Counted from the first letter of the stretch, positions 38,262-51,400 are shown. The stretch is DNA of 64,000 nt from Tubulanus polymorphus (GCF_964204645.1 NC_134025.1:15971101-16035100), one strand, 5' to 3'. Notes: generated by a model from the sequence alone, not told the origin. Numbers and translations: made by a program.

Positions 38262-38376
38262 CTTGAAATAAATTTGAAAATTCCCAAATAAAAATGATTA
38301 GTTTTATGTTTTAGATAAACTGAAAAAAATATAAATGTTCGTACAAAGATTTTTTTCAAATTGCTGCTAAAGCAAG

Positions 38377-38562
38377 TGTAACGAATCTCTTCGGTCGCCT
38401 CAATTCACGAATGTGGATGGGATGTCTCCTTTTGTGGGCCAATTTCCATCAATAAACATGAACAATGGAATACAACAATGGCTTCTTTATTCTACCACAC
38501 GTTTCTAAGAGACCGCTTCCGGTCTTACACGGTTCAAATAAAGATACGGATATTGACTAAAC
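38377..38562 (-). repeat. 3' LTR of copy B (part shared with the 5' LTR)
   Basis: TGTAACGAATCTCTTCGGTCGCC... matches 45005-45190 with scattered substitutions. Confidence 0.85.
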
Positions 38563-38966
38563 GAGACCACGAGAGGTATTGCAATCCGCGTTGGCCATCC
38601 CTGCAAACCACTACACACTATTTACACGTTACTCCAGCTATATACAGGTATTTACAATCGCAACGCCTGAACAACTTCGGTTTTGATGGTCCCTTCCGAC
38701 AACTTCCTAACTTGAGCGTGTGGAGCCCTACGGGGCTATCCGGTTAGGTAACCTGAAAGGATAAAAAACAAAAACACTCGGCAGACAAAATTTTCACAGA
38801 TGAGCAGTGTAATGCTGGTTGCGAAGGAAAAACGCAACAGGGTACCATTAGGTGTCCGATCAGGTAGGGCAACTGGGTAGCAAGCAGAACGCATCGGAGT
38901 ACCACTGGCAGGTGTCCGGTGCATACCAATGCAATTCCAAATTGACCCCAATTAGGTGTGGTGGGG

Positions 38967-39632
38967 TTACCACGTCCCATCTAAATGGGCCTTCACCGTC
39001 CTGACCACATGGTCACCTACGATATCCATCGCCTTCTTGCGGTAGTGTATACCCACAAAGTCGTTGTCATCCAGGTCAGGGAGGTCGATCTGGATGAAAC
39101 CTGCTTTTACCGAGTGGACATTTATGCGGTCCGTCCGACGAATGTGTTCCCCGATTTTCCGTATACCGGGAGACAACCTCAGGATTTCCAAGTAAAAAGA
39201 GGAATACCAGATATATAATATCGTTTGGCCAGCATGGCATATAACTAGTATAGGATCTCGGTGGTCTCCCCATAATCCCGGATGTCGTTAACAACGTGGT
39301 TGAACACAACCGCCGAAGAGGTAACATGACTCTGCTGTACGTAACCATTGACTTTAGTTCTCTCGACAAAGACCGGAACCTGGGTCTCGACAGGGTAGAG
39401 CCATGTCTTGACGCAATGTATGCTTTGACACCGCAGATGATGGCCCCTACCACTACACGACTGGGGTCGTATAAATGCTTAATTACCAGTCCACCAGCTT
39501 TTGGGTGTCTGGGCATGGTTGTGGATCTTTTTTTGGGCTGAACGACTGAATTAAACTCCGAGTGTCCTTGATCAGGCGTTGTTTCAGCTCGCGAGTCTCT
39601 ACTTTCATTTGGTCAAGCTGTATGACGTCCAT
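38967..39632 (-). pseudogene. ORF3 SGNH-like of copy B, frameshifted, GDS block apparently deleted
   Basis: MDVIQLDQ, YDPSRVVVGAIICGVK, AVVFNHVVNDIRDYGETTE and DLDDNDFVGIHYRKKAM align to copy A ORF3. Confidence 0.75.
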
Positions 39633-39759
39633 TCTATCCCTATGGTACGGTGTTAGAGGTCTTAAAGATGAAGAAAAGGGAAACGAAAACCATGAATAGG
39701 TATCTGTGGGGTTCAGAGTGTTAACCATACTGTGGTGTTGCTCTTGCCTCCCTCAATTT

Positions 39760-42700
39760 CCTCCCCCTTTCCAACCACACACTCTTCATCCGTCATATTC
39801 GTAGGAACCTCTCATGACAGCCACAAGTGGGTTCTACACGGCACACTTGGGTGAAGTCACCATACCTTTGTGGAGGCCGGATGTTCACTCTAGGTCGCAA
39901 CCTACGGCGGGGTTCATCTGCATTTGGTGCCTCAAGCCGAGGTTCTCCAGGTGTAGGAATTGTTACTCGCTCCTCCAGGTCTTGGACAACTTCCTGGTTG
40001 TCCCTAAGATGTGCCCTCCTGTCCACTTGAGGATTCGGTGCCTACACCCAGGTGACATCGTCATCAAGGCTGCTCGAAGAGTCCGAGTCATTTTCCTCAA
40101 CCTCTGTGGGTTGTACTGGCTCCATCTTTTTCCTACGTGTCTGGGCTGGTCGTTTGACCTCGTCCCTCTCTGGAGTGTACCCGAAGCAGGGCTTCATATT
40201 GTTGAAGTGGACCACCTTGGGCTTCCTACGTCCGACCACGGGCACCACCCAGTATGTGACCTCCGATATCCTTTCGGTCACCAGGAACGGACCCTTCACG
40301 TCCGGTGGAACTTCGGTGCTTCGGCAGGTTTCAGGAAATGGCTGTAAAGCCACACTCGGTCCCCTACTTGGAACCCACCGCGTTTCGCGAAAACCGGTCA
40401 TAGCCTTGTTTCTGTCGCCTCTGCGCTAACTTAATTTGGTCCCGGACTCGCCCATGAGCACTCTCCAAACTATGAACCATTTCTTCCGTGAAAACCGTGA
40501 CCGTCTTTGGTTCCTCCAGCATCCCGACCATGATGTCGAGGGGCAGCATAATTTCTTCTCCAAAAGTGAGGAAAAAAGGGGTTTCCTTGGTACTTTCCTG
40601 GACGCTTGAGCGGAATGCCATCAGACAAGCTGGAAGCTCAGAGTCCCAATTGGTACCGTTCTCATTGACTGACATGGTGAGCATCGATTTCAAAGATTTG
40701 TTGGCGTTTTTCCCCTGACCATTCCCCATGGGGTGGTACGCGGTGGTACGCGTCTTATCGACACCAAGGAAGTGACACATTTCGAAAAATACCCTAGATT
40801 CAAAATTGGCTCCTTTGTCAGAGTGGATACTTTCCGGGCACCCGTACCTCGTAACCCACTTGTCCACTATACGTCTCGCAACAGTCACTGCCCTTTCGTT
40901 CCTTAATGGCCATGCCTCCACCCATTTAGTAAATGCGTCTTGTGCCACCAAGATGTACATGTTCCCCTTTTTGGATTTCTTAAGGGGGCCGATGATGTCA
41001 ACATGTACTCTCTAGCCTCTTCGACCAGTCGGGGTCGACACAGGAGGTGCTATTGGCTTCTTTGGCGGTGACTTACATTGCTGACAATGCATGCACTTCC
41101 GGATATAGTCTTTGACTGCGGTTACCATGCCAGGGCACCAGAAGCGTTCACGCATTTTCTGTCCTGTCTTAGTTGTCCCTCGGTGGCCGCTAGACCATTA
41201 TGGAGGTGTGACAAGGCCTTCGGAAGTAAACATTTAGGCAAGATAATGCGTTTGTTGGTACCCTTGGATCCAGGCGGTGGCTTGATGACCAGTAGCCCCT
41301 TGACAATTTCCAGCCATTCATACTTACCAAGGAGATTTCGCGATAGGCGACAATGCCGATGTCCGGGTCAGTGTCCTGGGCCTGCTGGATATCCATCTTA
41401 CCGAGACCGTCTTGGACTTTAGCAACTAAAGCCGCAAGTTTACCCGCTGGAAAACCGGTTTCTCCACAGCTCGGGCAACTGCCGTGTTTCTTAACCCTAC
41501 GAGGCATGCGGGAGAGGGTGTCTGCGTTCTAATGTTTCACACCAGGTCTGTGCTGGATCTCAAATTCGTACTCAGCCAGTTTCTCGTTCCACCGTGCGAC
41601 CTGGCCTTCCTGTATTCGTGAACTACGTAGCCATTTCAGGGCAGCATGATCCATGCGTACCAGAAATGGTTTGTCCAGAAGGTAGTGCTGGAAATAAATG
41701 ATCATGTCGACCAAAGCCAGCATCTCGCGACGAGTCGCACAGTAGTTTTCCTCTCCCCCCTTCAGTGTCCAACTGGCATAGGCCACGACCCGTTCAGGCC
41801 CATCGTCCTGTGTCTGCGAAAGGACCGCACCAATAGCCCAACCGCTCGCATCGGTGTCCAAAATATATCTTCCCGCATCGGGTCCGAAGTCAGGGAAAAC
41901 AAGAACAGGTGGCTGGGTGAGTGCAAACTTGATTTTGTCAAAAGCCAGGCGCTGTTCCTCCCCCCCACGTAAAGGGTTGATCCTTCCGGGTTAGCATGTG
42001 TAGGGGTTGACACATACTCGCGTAGTTATCTATGAACTTAGCATAGTACGTGACCAGCCCCAGAAAACTCCGGACCTCGGTGACACCCTTCGGTGCAGGT
42101 CAGTTTAGGACCTTGTCCATTTTGGTGGAGTCTGTCTCTAACCCAGCTGCGCTTACCACATGTCCCAGGAAGGCCAACCACCGCTGTTACACTTCTTCGG
42201 TTTCAGTTTCAAACCCGCAGCCCGGAAACATGAGAAAACCTCAGCCAATTTGTCAAGGTGAGATGCAAGGTCTGCCGAATGGACGATAATATCGTCCAGG
42301 TATATAGGGGCAGTCTTCCAGGAAACTTTGTCGAGGGCCATCGACATCAGGCGAGTAAAACACGCCGGCGCGTTGGTAACAATATCCACTAGTCAGGTCC
42401 AAGGTCCAAAACCAAGAGGAACCAGACAAGTTCTCAAGCAGGCCATCTATTCGACCAAGCGGGTGGCTATCTTTGATAGTACAGTCGTTCAACTTCCTGT
42501 AGTCACAAAAAAGTCTAAGGGTTACCGTCAGCTTTTCTTGCAAGTACAATTGGGCTTGCCCAAGGAGAACTGGAGGGGTGAATTAGGTCGTGCTCTAGTA
42601 GCTCTCCAGTGTAACCCTCAACAAATACCCGACGTCCAGGTGGGAGTCTCTGTGGTTGCTGTTTCACCGGCTTTGAATCTCCTGTGTCTATTTCGAATTC

Positions 42701-43430
42701 TGTCAGCCGTGAACGTCCTATATCATAGTCACCACGCGAAAATATATCTTGGTGTTCCTGCAGTACCAGGATAAGTTTGGCCCTCTCCGCGTCTGGGATG
42801 TCGAGGCTGTGCATGTTTAACTCCTCCAGTAGGGACTTGAAGTGTCGCCCCCCACCAGCTTGGGGATTGAGAATTCTGCTGAAGGGGTATCTCATTCAGA
42901 CCCCACTGCAGCAAGCGGCGAGAGAAATCCAGAACACAGTTATGACGCAGGAAGAAGTCATTACCCAGCAAACAGTCTTCTGAAAGCTCCTCAGAAATAA
43001 CCATGGGTACCTGAAATTTCGGACCACTTAGTTCTAATATAACATCAGCCACCCCCCAGAGTGACAGGGCCTGCCCATTTGCTGTGGTAAGGTTCCCAAC
43101 TACCGGTCTCAGATCCCGAGGGGACCCAGCCCCTAGGCTGGCTTCCCACACTGAGGATCTAAGGACGGTTACCGAGGCCCCCGTATCTAAGAGGATCGAT
43201 GCAGTTGCCCTCGTATTAATCAAACCCGAAACATATAGCCCCGTGTCCTGGACGCAAACATTCCCAATAGATAGTGTCTTGTCCTTAGGAGCCGTGTGGC
43301 AGTCAGGGTGTAAACCATTGTCTGGTGTCCCACCTGTCACGATTCCCACATCTAGGGCTGGCTCTGTCTCACAAGGCTGGAGGTCGACCGGTTTCGGCGG
43401 GGGTCGTAAGACAGTCCGGGTGTGAACCAT
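39760..43430 (-). pseudogene. pol: Gypsy pol (PR-RT-RH-INT) fragments of copy B
   Basis: LLDTGAS (42729-43430), YLDD (42153-42389), DTDASGWAIG (41529-41861), integrase core (40364-40960), GPF. Confidence 0.9.
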
Positions 43431-43661
43431 TGTTTGGTGTCCGATCTATCACGTTCCCCACATCTTGGATTGAATCTGTCTAATGGGGCTGGGGGTCAAC
43501 TGGTTGTCGGAGGGTCGTGAGGTAATCTGGGTGTAAACCAGACACCCCATACTCACCACTTTGAACCAGTTTGATCTCCCTGCCTTGGCCTCCTATAGAT
43601 GGACTTGTCTCCAACCTAGGCCTTCGGTGTGGGGGAACATACTTAACAGGCTCGGGGCACT

Positions 43662-44618
43662 CTAATTTGTCAGGTTTGCTCTGCCCCTTGAGCGAACCAA
43701 GGCTCCGTTTCCCGCCCTCTGCACGCAATCTCTTGCGTAGTGGCCAGGGGCATTCCTGGATGGGATGTTTTGTCGTCTGGGACCACTTCCCCTCGTGGAG
43801 AGGTCGGCAACGGTAGTCTCCAGTGTCTCCATGCGGGTGGATAGGCTCCGTACCAACCCCACCAACTTGCTCATTAGGCCTTCATTTTCAGGGTTCGGAT
43901 GCAAATGGTTGATAGTCCGCTTTGGCTTCGGGTCCTGCTTTTCGATAAGACGGCGGGCTGATTCAAGGCCACGGGCTGTCCTTACTGCCTCTGCCAGGGT
44001 CTGTGGCTGTGAGATGTACAGCGACTCCCTAGCATGGGGAGCTAGATTCACTCCACACATAAACTGGTCCTTGGTCAGTTCGTCTTGGAGGTCTGGACAT
44101 ATCCCGGGGTAGGCGCTCTGAACCAGGTCCGTCAATGCATCAGAAAAATGACCTAAGCTCTCCTGACTTTTCTGTTCGCAGGATTTGAGCATCATTTTGA
44201 AGTCCCCTGGAGTCCGGGTCTGTTCCAGACGGTCCAGTATCTGACAACTAAAGTCGGCATAGGGTATATCACTGTTTAGCTGAAGATTCTTGACAGCCCT
44301 GTACGACTCATGATCGAGGTTCATCAAGATTAGTTGTTTTCTTACCTCGCCATTGTCCAGGACGCGGCTGATTTTCATCATGTCCGCGTAGGTGTCGAAA
44401 CGATCCAGCCATATGCGAAAATTGTTCCCCATGCTGTACGTCTTCGGAGCTGGTACCCTCACCTTAATATCCCCCTGGTCATGGCCCTCCCTATCCATGT
44501 TCTTAGACATAAACTTGATCAGCGAGTGTAAACATTCGCCAACACGGGGGCTGTCAGTGTCAACATCGCTCGTATCTAGGTCAGGATTTGGCTCTTGAAA
44601 ACTGTCGGCAGTGGCCAT
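43662..44618 (-). CDS. gag: Gag of copy B
   Basis: 318-aa ORF after the PBS; QKSQESL..F..L..L..AYP major-homology-like motif, DQF, P.TL.EA and a degenerate knuckle GHYARDC. Confidence 0.85.
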   Translation of the reverse strand: MATADSFQEPNPDLDTSDVDTDSPRVGECLHSLIKFMSKNMDREGHDQGDIKVRVPAPKTYSMGNNFRIWLDRFDTYADMMKISRVLDNGEVRKQLILMNLDHESYRAVKNLQLNSDIPYADFSCQILDRLEQTRTPGDFKMMLKSCEQKSQESLGHFSDALTDLVQSAYPGICPDLQDELTKDQFMCGVNLAPHARESLYISQPQTLAEAVRTARGLESARRLIEKQDPKPKRTINHLHPNPENEGLMSKLVGLVRSLSTRMETLETTVADLSTRGSGPRRQNIPSRNAPGHYARDCVQRAGNGALVRSRGRANLTN

Positions 44619-44990
44619 AATGCATAAAATAAACAGGGGTAGTAGTAAATAGAATAATAGATAACAGCTATATAAGAAAAATATGTAACCTAAGGTCTTG
44701 CCCAGATAGGTATCTATACTCAGTTAACAGGTTAACACTTCTCGTAGGCCTAATTGTATAAACCGACCGCAAAAACAATTGTTATAATCAGTAAGAGAGT
44801 AGGATTGCAAACCACTAACGGTGTCAATGTAATTCCTAATTAAATATTGCTAACCATGGAAAGTGTCAATGTTATTCTAAGAGAGCAATCTCGGGAACCG
44901 TTGACAAAATATTCACCTCTCGTTGTTGGTAGCGAGCCGGCTCGTATCAGCTTCAATTTTCGCGTCGAATCTTCACGGGATCGATCCCTG

Positions 44991-45003
44991 ACCGCTGCCA
45001 CCA
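44991..45003 (-). promoter_or_regulatory. Primer-binding site, tRNA-Leu type
   Basis: Minus strand TGGTGGCAGCGGT, one base inside the 5' LTR end. Confidence 0.8.
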
Positions 45004-45004
45004 G

Positions 45005-45190
45005 TGTAACGAATCTCTTCGGTCGCCTCAATTCACGAATGTGGATGGAATGTCTGCTTTTGTGGGGCGATTTCCATCAATAAACATGAACAATAGAATA
45101 CAACAACGGCTTCTTTATTCTACCACACGATTGTAAGAGACCGCTTCTGGTCTTACAGGTTCACATAAAAATACGGATACGGACTAAACT
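45005..45190 (-). repeat. 5' LTR of copy B (probably truncated)
   Basis: Matches 38377-38562, then similarity stops abruptly. Confidence 0.85.
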
Positions 45191-45959
45191 AAACAAGGGA
45201 TACAGACTCGGTTAAGCCTAGTCCACCACACAAGCACCCAGTGAAAGCAAAAGAAAACAAGAAAGAAATTCTAAAAATGGGCTTGCTGACATGGTTGTAC
45301 TGAAAGCTGGCTTGGTGGTTTTATATTTCTGTAGTAGAATTAATCGGATTTGAACCGATTACTTTTTAAAGAGCTAAGAGATCGGTGTTGTCTTACATCA
45401 CTACATGAAATGTTACACACGGGGACTGGGAATCGGAATGGTTTTATTGTAGACGTGGACCAAGTTAGTGCAAGCTTTTGGATAGTTGTTATTTAAATAT
45501 TGTAGTGTCTTAATGGAATCATCATCATGTTGATAATTGCTAGATTACTTATCGGATTGTGTTGAAATGATTTTGCATAGAAACATTTACAACTGAAAGA
45601 AAATAGGTGACTAACTCGAGTGACTTCAGATGAAGAGAAGCGAACACGAAAATAGATAGGAGCCACGATTTATCTTTTTAAAATAATAAAGACATTAAGC
45701 AAGAATAAGTTGCATTTCCTTCAAATGACAATCCACTACGATCATCCGATTAAGTGTATTGCCACCATAGACTACCGCCCCCTGGCTCTTTGGAGACAGG
45801 GAACCAGTCTTCAATTCAATTCAGAATTTATTTTACAAAAAAGCAGTTTTTAAGTTTTAGATATTTAAACTGAAAAATATAAATGTTCATAGAGATTTTT
45901 CAAATAGCCGCTAACGCAAGCACCCAATGAAAGTAAAAGAAATTAAAAGAATTTTTTTT

Positions 45960-46996
45960 AAACGTGAAAGTAAATATTTTATCGTGAATTTTTAATTGTG
46001 TCATTAAAGAATGAATTGAATTGTCGGCAGCACTATGCCGCGCATGAATACCAATTTCAAGACTGATCACGCACGCTCAACCAAGGTTGGTATGCGCTGC
46101 TAACAAAAACGATTAAACAAAATCATAAAACAATGAAAACGACAAGGGATATAGCCAATATACGAAAGGAACCTAGATTTTATGACTGCATTAAATGTGT
46201 GTAAATATCAGAGCCCAAGAAAGTTTCTAACGAAAGTTATCGACTCCCCAAGCAAGTTATCAATCCGTGTGATAGCAATATGGGCTTGCAAGCATGCAAG
46301 CCCATGATAAAATGGATTTTAAAAAAAAGGAAATGTTTTATTGTGAAATTTTAATTGTGTCAATAAAGATTGAATTGAATTCTCGTCAGCACTATGCTGC
46401 GCATGAATACGAATTGCAAGACTGATCATGCATGCTCAACAAAGGTTGGTGTGCGCTGCTGAAATAACAAAACCGATTAAACAAAATCATATAACTAAGA
46501 AAAAAACAACGGATAAAGCTAATAAACGAAAGGCACCTAGATTTTATTACTGCATTAAATGTGTGTAAACATCTGAGCCCAAGAAAGTTTCTAACGAAAG
46601 TTATCTAACAATCTAACTCTATTTTCAAAATTCAAAAGAAAGCTGTTAGACTAATTAATAATTCAGCCTTCAATGCATTGCAACATGACCAATATTTGAG
46701 AAATATATAGTAATTTTAAATGAAATAAATTTTTCTGAAATAACAAAACCGATTAAACAAAATCATATAACTAAGAAAAAAACAACGGATAAAGCTAATA
46801 AACGAAAGGCACCTAGATTTTATTACTGCATTAAATGTGTGTAAACATCTGAGCCCAAGAAAGTTTCTAACGAAAGTTATCTAACAATCTAACTCTATTT
46901 TCAAAATTCAAAAGAAAGCTGTTAGACTAATTAATAATTCAGCCTTCAATGCATTGCAACATGACCAATATTTGAGAAATATATAGTAATTTTAAA
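45960..46996. repeat. Nested direct duplications, including an exact 262-bp duplicate (46459-46720 and 46735-46996)
   Basis: Diverged ~360-bp-period repeat (45975-46240 vs 46335-46604), hairpin ATGGGCTTGCA/TGCAAGCCCAT at ~46280-46305, and LINE RT fragment IFKIQKKAVRLINNS inside the exact duplicate. Confidence 0.85.
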
Positions 46997-47127
46997 TTCC
47001 AAGACCTCATGAAATTAGATCTACTGAAATTTGGTTAGACGAGAAGATACACAATATCCGTGTATGATGATGACGAGAGAAATCCCACAATAACGAAGCC
47101 AAGATTGAATAATTCTATATCAGAATG

Positions 47128-47241
47128 ATTATATTTGAGAACCGACGTTTCGGCTAACAACTGTTAGCCATCATCAGGCGTACGCCTGATGATGATGATA
47201 GCTAACAGTTGCTAGCCGAAACGTCATACCTCAAGTATAAT
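47128..47241. ncRNA. Head-to-head inverted pair of minimal hammerhead ribozyme motifs (Penelope-type)
   Basis: Minus strand CTGATGA-T-GGCTAAC-AGTT-GTTAGCC-GAAACGTC; plus strand CTGATGA..GCTAACAGTTGCTAGCC-GAAACGTC; centred on CGTACG. Confidence 0.7.
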
Positions 47242-47246
47242 ATATA

Positions 47247-50230
47247 ATACTTTATTGATAGGTTGCCGCCCGGAGTCAAAAAAGACTGTAACCCTAAGAG
47301 ATGGGATGACACCTGGAGAAAAAAAGTGATAATAAAAGAAATGGAATGATGGTATAATTCTTTATACACGAGAATTACAAAATAAACATTTACAGTGTCG
47401 TCAGTTCATAGGTTCCGAGGATTCGAGTTAAGATTTTAATAATTTTTTAGGCATGATGTTTTATGTTAGGCATGATGTATTACGTTAGTAATTTCCATTT
47501 CTGGTATTATACTGGTGATTAAAGGCGTTTGTTTGGAAGATATCTTTTAGTGGTTTAGGAATTGATTGTTTTGAGAATTTATACGCAAATTTAACCATTT
47601 CAAGTTTTATCAAATCGTCTAGTTTTAGGATATTGTATTTTATAAAAATTGGCGCTGTACGTGCTTTATATTCATTATTATCAATTAGTCTTACTGCTTA
47701 TATGTAATCTTGATAATACTGCTAATTGCTTTTAAGTGCACTAGGCCCCCATATCCCTCGACTGTATGTTAAGTGATTATGTATGTAATTGAAGTACAGC
47801 AATTTCTTAGCCCAGGATGGTATTAGTTTTTTTTACACATCTTAACATATAAATGTTTTTGTTTATCTTATTAATCAATTGTTTGATGTGATCATTCCAG
47901 TTTAGGTGCTCTTCAATGGTTAAGCCTAAAAATCTAAAACTACTCACGACTTCAATATTTTGGCCAATAAAACTCAAGTCTAGATCATTATTATTCATTT
48001 TGGATCCTTTTGGTTCAAAAATCATCGCAGCTGTTTTAGAAATATTTAATGTGAGTTTGTTAGCCCTAAACCAGTCTATTAAAATGTTCAAATCGCTCTG
48101 TCCTACATAGTTGTTCATATCTTTTAAGTTGGGATCAGAGATATAAATAGTAGTGTCATCCGCAAACATGATCGCTTTCATGTGTTCAAATTTGTTGCGC
48201 AAATCATTAGTATACAATAAAAATAACAATCCTCCTAGAACAGAGCCTTGAGGTACCCCATATTCAATTTTTTCACGTCTGGATTTGCTATTGTTAAAAT
48301 TAACATTAATATTTCTATTAGTAACGTAGCTTTTGAACCAATGAAGTGCTTTTCCACGTATTCCGAAGTGTGATAATTTGCTGAGAAGGATAGTTATACC
48401 TAGCGAATCGAATGCTTTTGATAGGTCCAAGTAAATTCCCATAATAGGATGTTTTTTATCCATTGCATTGAGAATGTTTCTAGTGAAATCCATATGAACT
48501 GTATATGTTGAATACCTTGTCTAAATCCGTATTGATTGTCATAAATAAAATCACATTCAGTAATTTATACTAACGCTTACACTTTTTTTTCTAGAATCTT
48601 TAGTACTGGCAACAGTGAAATTGGTCTATAGTTAGATAATAGGTTCCTCTCTTTACTCTTATATATTGGTGAAACCTCAGCTAATTTTCAACTGGAGGCA
48701 TTCCCCTTAATCTACAATCGATTTGTTGGATACTAAGTGGCTTGGATATTTCATGCTTGATATTTTTTATTTATTTGATATATCGTCGTGTCCAGAGCTG
48801 TTTTTTGGTTGTATATCATTTATCAAGTTGAACACTTCGTTTTCGTCAATTGGGTGTATAAAAAAGAATTGTGGTTTATTTTTCCTAAATATTTATCAAA
48901 ACTTCTGCTTGATTTGGGTATCTTATTGGCAAATTGCTTCCCAACTGTACTGAAGTTGACTGATTACAAAAGGAATTACTTATTCGATCTGGACCAGTTA
49001 CTAGCTTACCATTTAGATTAAAATTATCAATAATTCCTGATTTATCATTTAATACATTCATAGTTGTTTTAAGTAGTTCCCACACTTTCTTAGAATTATG
49101 TTTAAAGCTAATCATTTTGTTTGTTAGGTAATCCCGTTTTGCTCTTCTTTTTATGTAATTAAATCTATTTCTATAATACATATAGTTTACGTTTTTGGAT
49201 CATCCCGCTTTAGTTTTGCTGTTTTTCTATATAGTCGAACGCATTTTTTGTCAGCGTTTAACAACCCTTTCGTCATCCATACGTGATAGCTTTTTTAGTT
49301 TAAAGGGAGCTACGTCATTTATCACATTAACAATTTTTTCTGTTAAAAGATTATAACTCTCATCGGAATTCATACTATGGAGCTCATCCCAGGGCACAAC
49401 TGAGAGTTGTTCTTTATCTTAAGTATGTTTATGGTACGTAGATCTCTTACTGGAAAAGCAGAATTCTTTACTTTTTGATAACTGCTCTGTTCTATTGATA
49501 AAAAGCAAGGAAAATGATCTGACATATGTGTCACGAGAATAGCACTTGCGTAATTTGTATAGTTTTTACTAATATATATGTTGTCTATTAGCATGGCATT
49601 TATTGGGGTTAACCGCGTGGGTTTGAAAATTGTTGAGTACATGTTATTGTTTAGATTTAGATTTAGATTTAGATTTAGATTTAGATGTCTAGAAATTTAG
49701 AAGTGTAGTTATGTTGGTTCACTTAATCTAGTAATTAAGTCTAGATTTTGATCCATCCCAACAATAGTTGATTTCTTTTGTAGTAAGAAATCATTTTCGT
49801 TAGTGTTGGGAATGCGATAAATTTCACCGATAATAGTATTTTTACTTAGTATTTCTATGAAGCATGATTCAAATTTTCCTTCGTTGAAAGTTGATAAGTC
49901 GTGTCTTTCTTTTATAGCAAATTTTTTATTGATATAAATTGCAACTCCCCCTTTTAGCGTTGTACTTAAATTTTTTTTCGATTAAGGTATAACCACTTAG
50001 TTCGAATAAGTCTACGTTTCTCCCTGTTACGAAGGTTCACTAAGTAAAATTATGTCAGGTGTGGAATGTTGACTTTTACATCGCTCTATTAATAGTTTGA
50101 GATTGTCAAATTTACTTTGTAGACCTTGAATATTCAAATGTTTAACATTTAATTTACTATTGAAAGTTTTAATTTTGCTCAGCTCATCAATTTCAGTATC
50201 TGGGCTATCGTAATCATTCAGTCTTAGATA
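47247..50230 (-). mobile_element. CR1/L2-group LINE ORF2 (APE endonuclease plus RT), degenerate
   Basis: APE: HLNIQGL..PDIILLSE, GGVAIYINK, LIDNIY, SDH. RT: NYRPISLL, QYGFR, DLSKAFD, GVPQGSVLG, FADD, FLGL. Many frameshifts; (TTTAGA)n at ~49650-49686. Confidence 0.9.
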
Positions 50231-50606
50231 TAAGATATATTACAATTATTCTATACAAGAACAGGTTGGTTGACATGTTTAGCCAACCAGGACTGGTACT
50301 CATGCCAGTCATTAATGCTGCTGTCAGAAATTTTTTGCCGGCAAAGTCTTTCAATTATACTAAGCCCCAGAAGACATAGATGGTTAGGATCACAAATAAT
50401 AGCTATGCTCAATGGACAAATAGTCAGATATTTTATGAGATTAATTAAAAGGATGATTAACGAAATTACTCACCGATTCACAAGTGCATTGACTTAAAGT
50501 AACTCATAATGAGTTTGCTGTATAACCGAATAATGACTTTAAAGTAATTGACACACTAATTCATTGTGAACTACTCGACTGATAGGCTAGTTTATGTTAA
50601 AAATTA

Positions 50607-51400
50607 ATTAGGGTTTTCTGTGAACCCTATTGAGATTCCTGTGTTTCTTATTATCATTATAATAATTTTTTTTTTTCCACACTTTTTTTGTCAAAAGTAC
50701 ATAGGCTTTTTTACATTACCGCTGTTGCCGATACAATCCGTCTGATATCATTCAGCTCACTTCGATCTACAAATACTCCGTGCGTATATTGAAAAATCAA
50801 CGTTACAAAAGCACTGTCGGGCCGTAAACATCGAAAATTGAACCCATTCAAAGAGCCGACATGTTTTTCTAAGTCGTCTTTCCGAAATCTACCGCACGTT
50901 TCTTGTCACATCGATTATCAATTCAAGCATAAATTAACAAATTTAGTACCCAAATATTGCACATTCAGCCGCGGTTTTTAAAAACTAATTGAAATAATAT
51001 CCCATTTTCCTCATCAAATCATATTACTGATACACAGGAAATTTACTACTTTAGATTCTAAAAGCACTGTCGAGCCGTAAACATCGACTAATCGACGTGT
51101 GTCGCTACATCGTCATTCCGGGTATCAGCTGCGAGTTTCTCCTCCTCATGAGAATCAAATCGAGTACAAATTTATTTATTACTACCAGTGATCTGGCAAT
51201 ACCTTTAACCATACCTTTTTTCAATTAACCGTGTATTTACTAAGATAAATCATTAGAGTACCGGGGAGTCATAGGCCTAAACTAAACACACCGAAGAGAT
51301 ATAGTGGGGAAACGCTGTTATGTCGACAAGGTATCAAAAGAAACAATATATTACTTCATTCAGCCGCGGGCTTCAACCATTCATCAATACTCTATATTTC
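50607..51400 (-). repeat. Probable HINE-like non-autonomous element
   Basis: Hairpin TAGGGTT..AACCCTA at ~50609-50629 and internal ~253-bp-period repeat (AAAGCACTGTCG.GCCGTAAACATCGA at 50808 and 51061). Far end uncertain. Confidence 0.45.

Larger units (their letters stand above)
38377..45190 (-). mobile_element. Ty3/Gypsy LTR retrotransposon copy B (gag-PR-RT-RH-INT-ORF3), heavily frameshifted
   Basis: Direct repeats 38377-~38562 and 45005-~45190, PBS, and collinear protein similarity to copy A. Outer LTR boundary and TSD not found. Confidence 0.9.

Noticed and set aside
39740-39790. Purine-rich tract (minus strand) as a PPT that would put ORF3 inside the LTR
   Set aside because: It encodes the conserved KSVWLERGR integrase tail and is not followed by a clear TG LTR start.
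49650-49686. (TTTAGA)n as a telomeric repeat
   Set aside because: Short slippage microsatellite inside a LINE, not TTAGGG.
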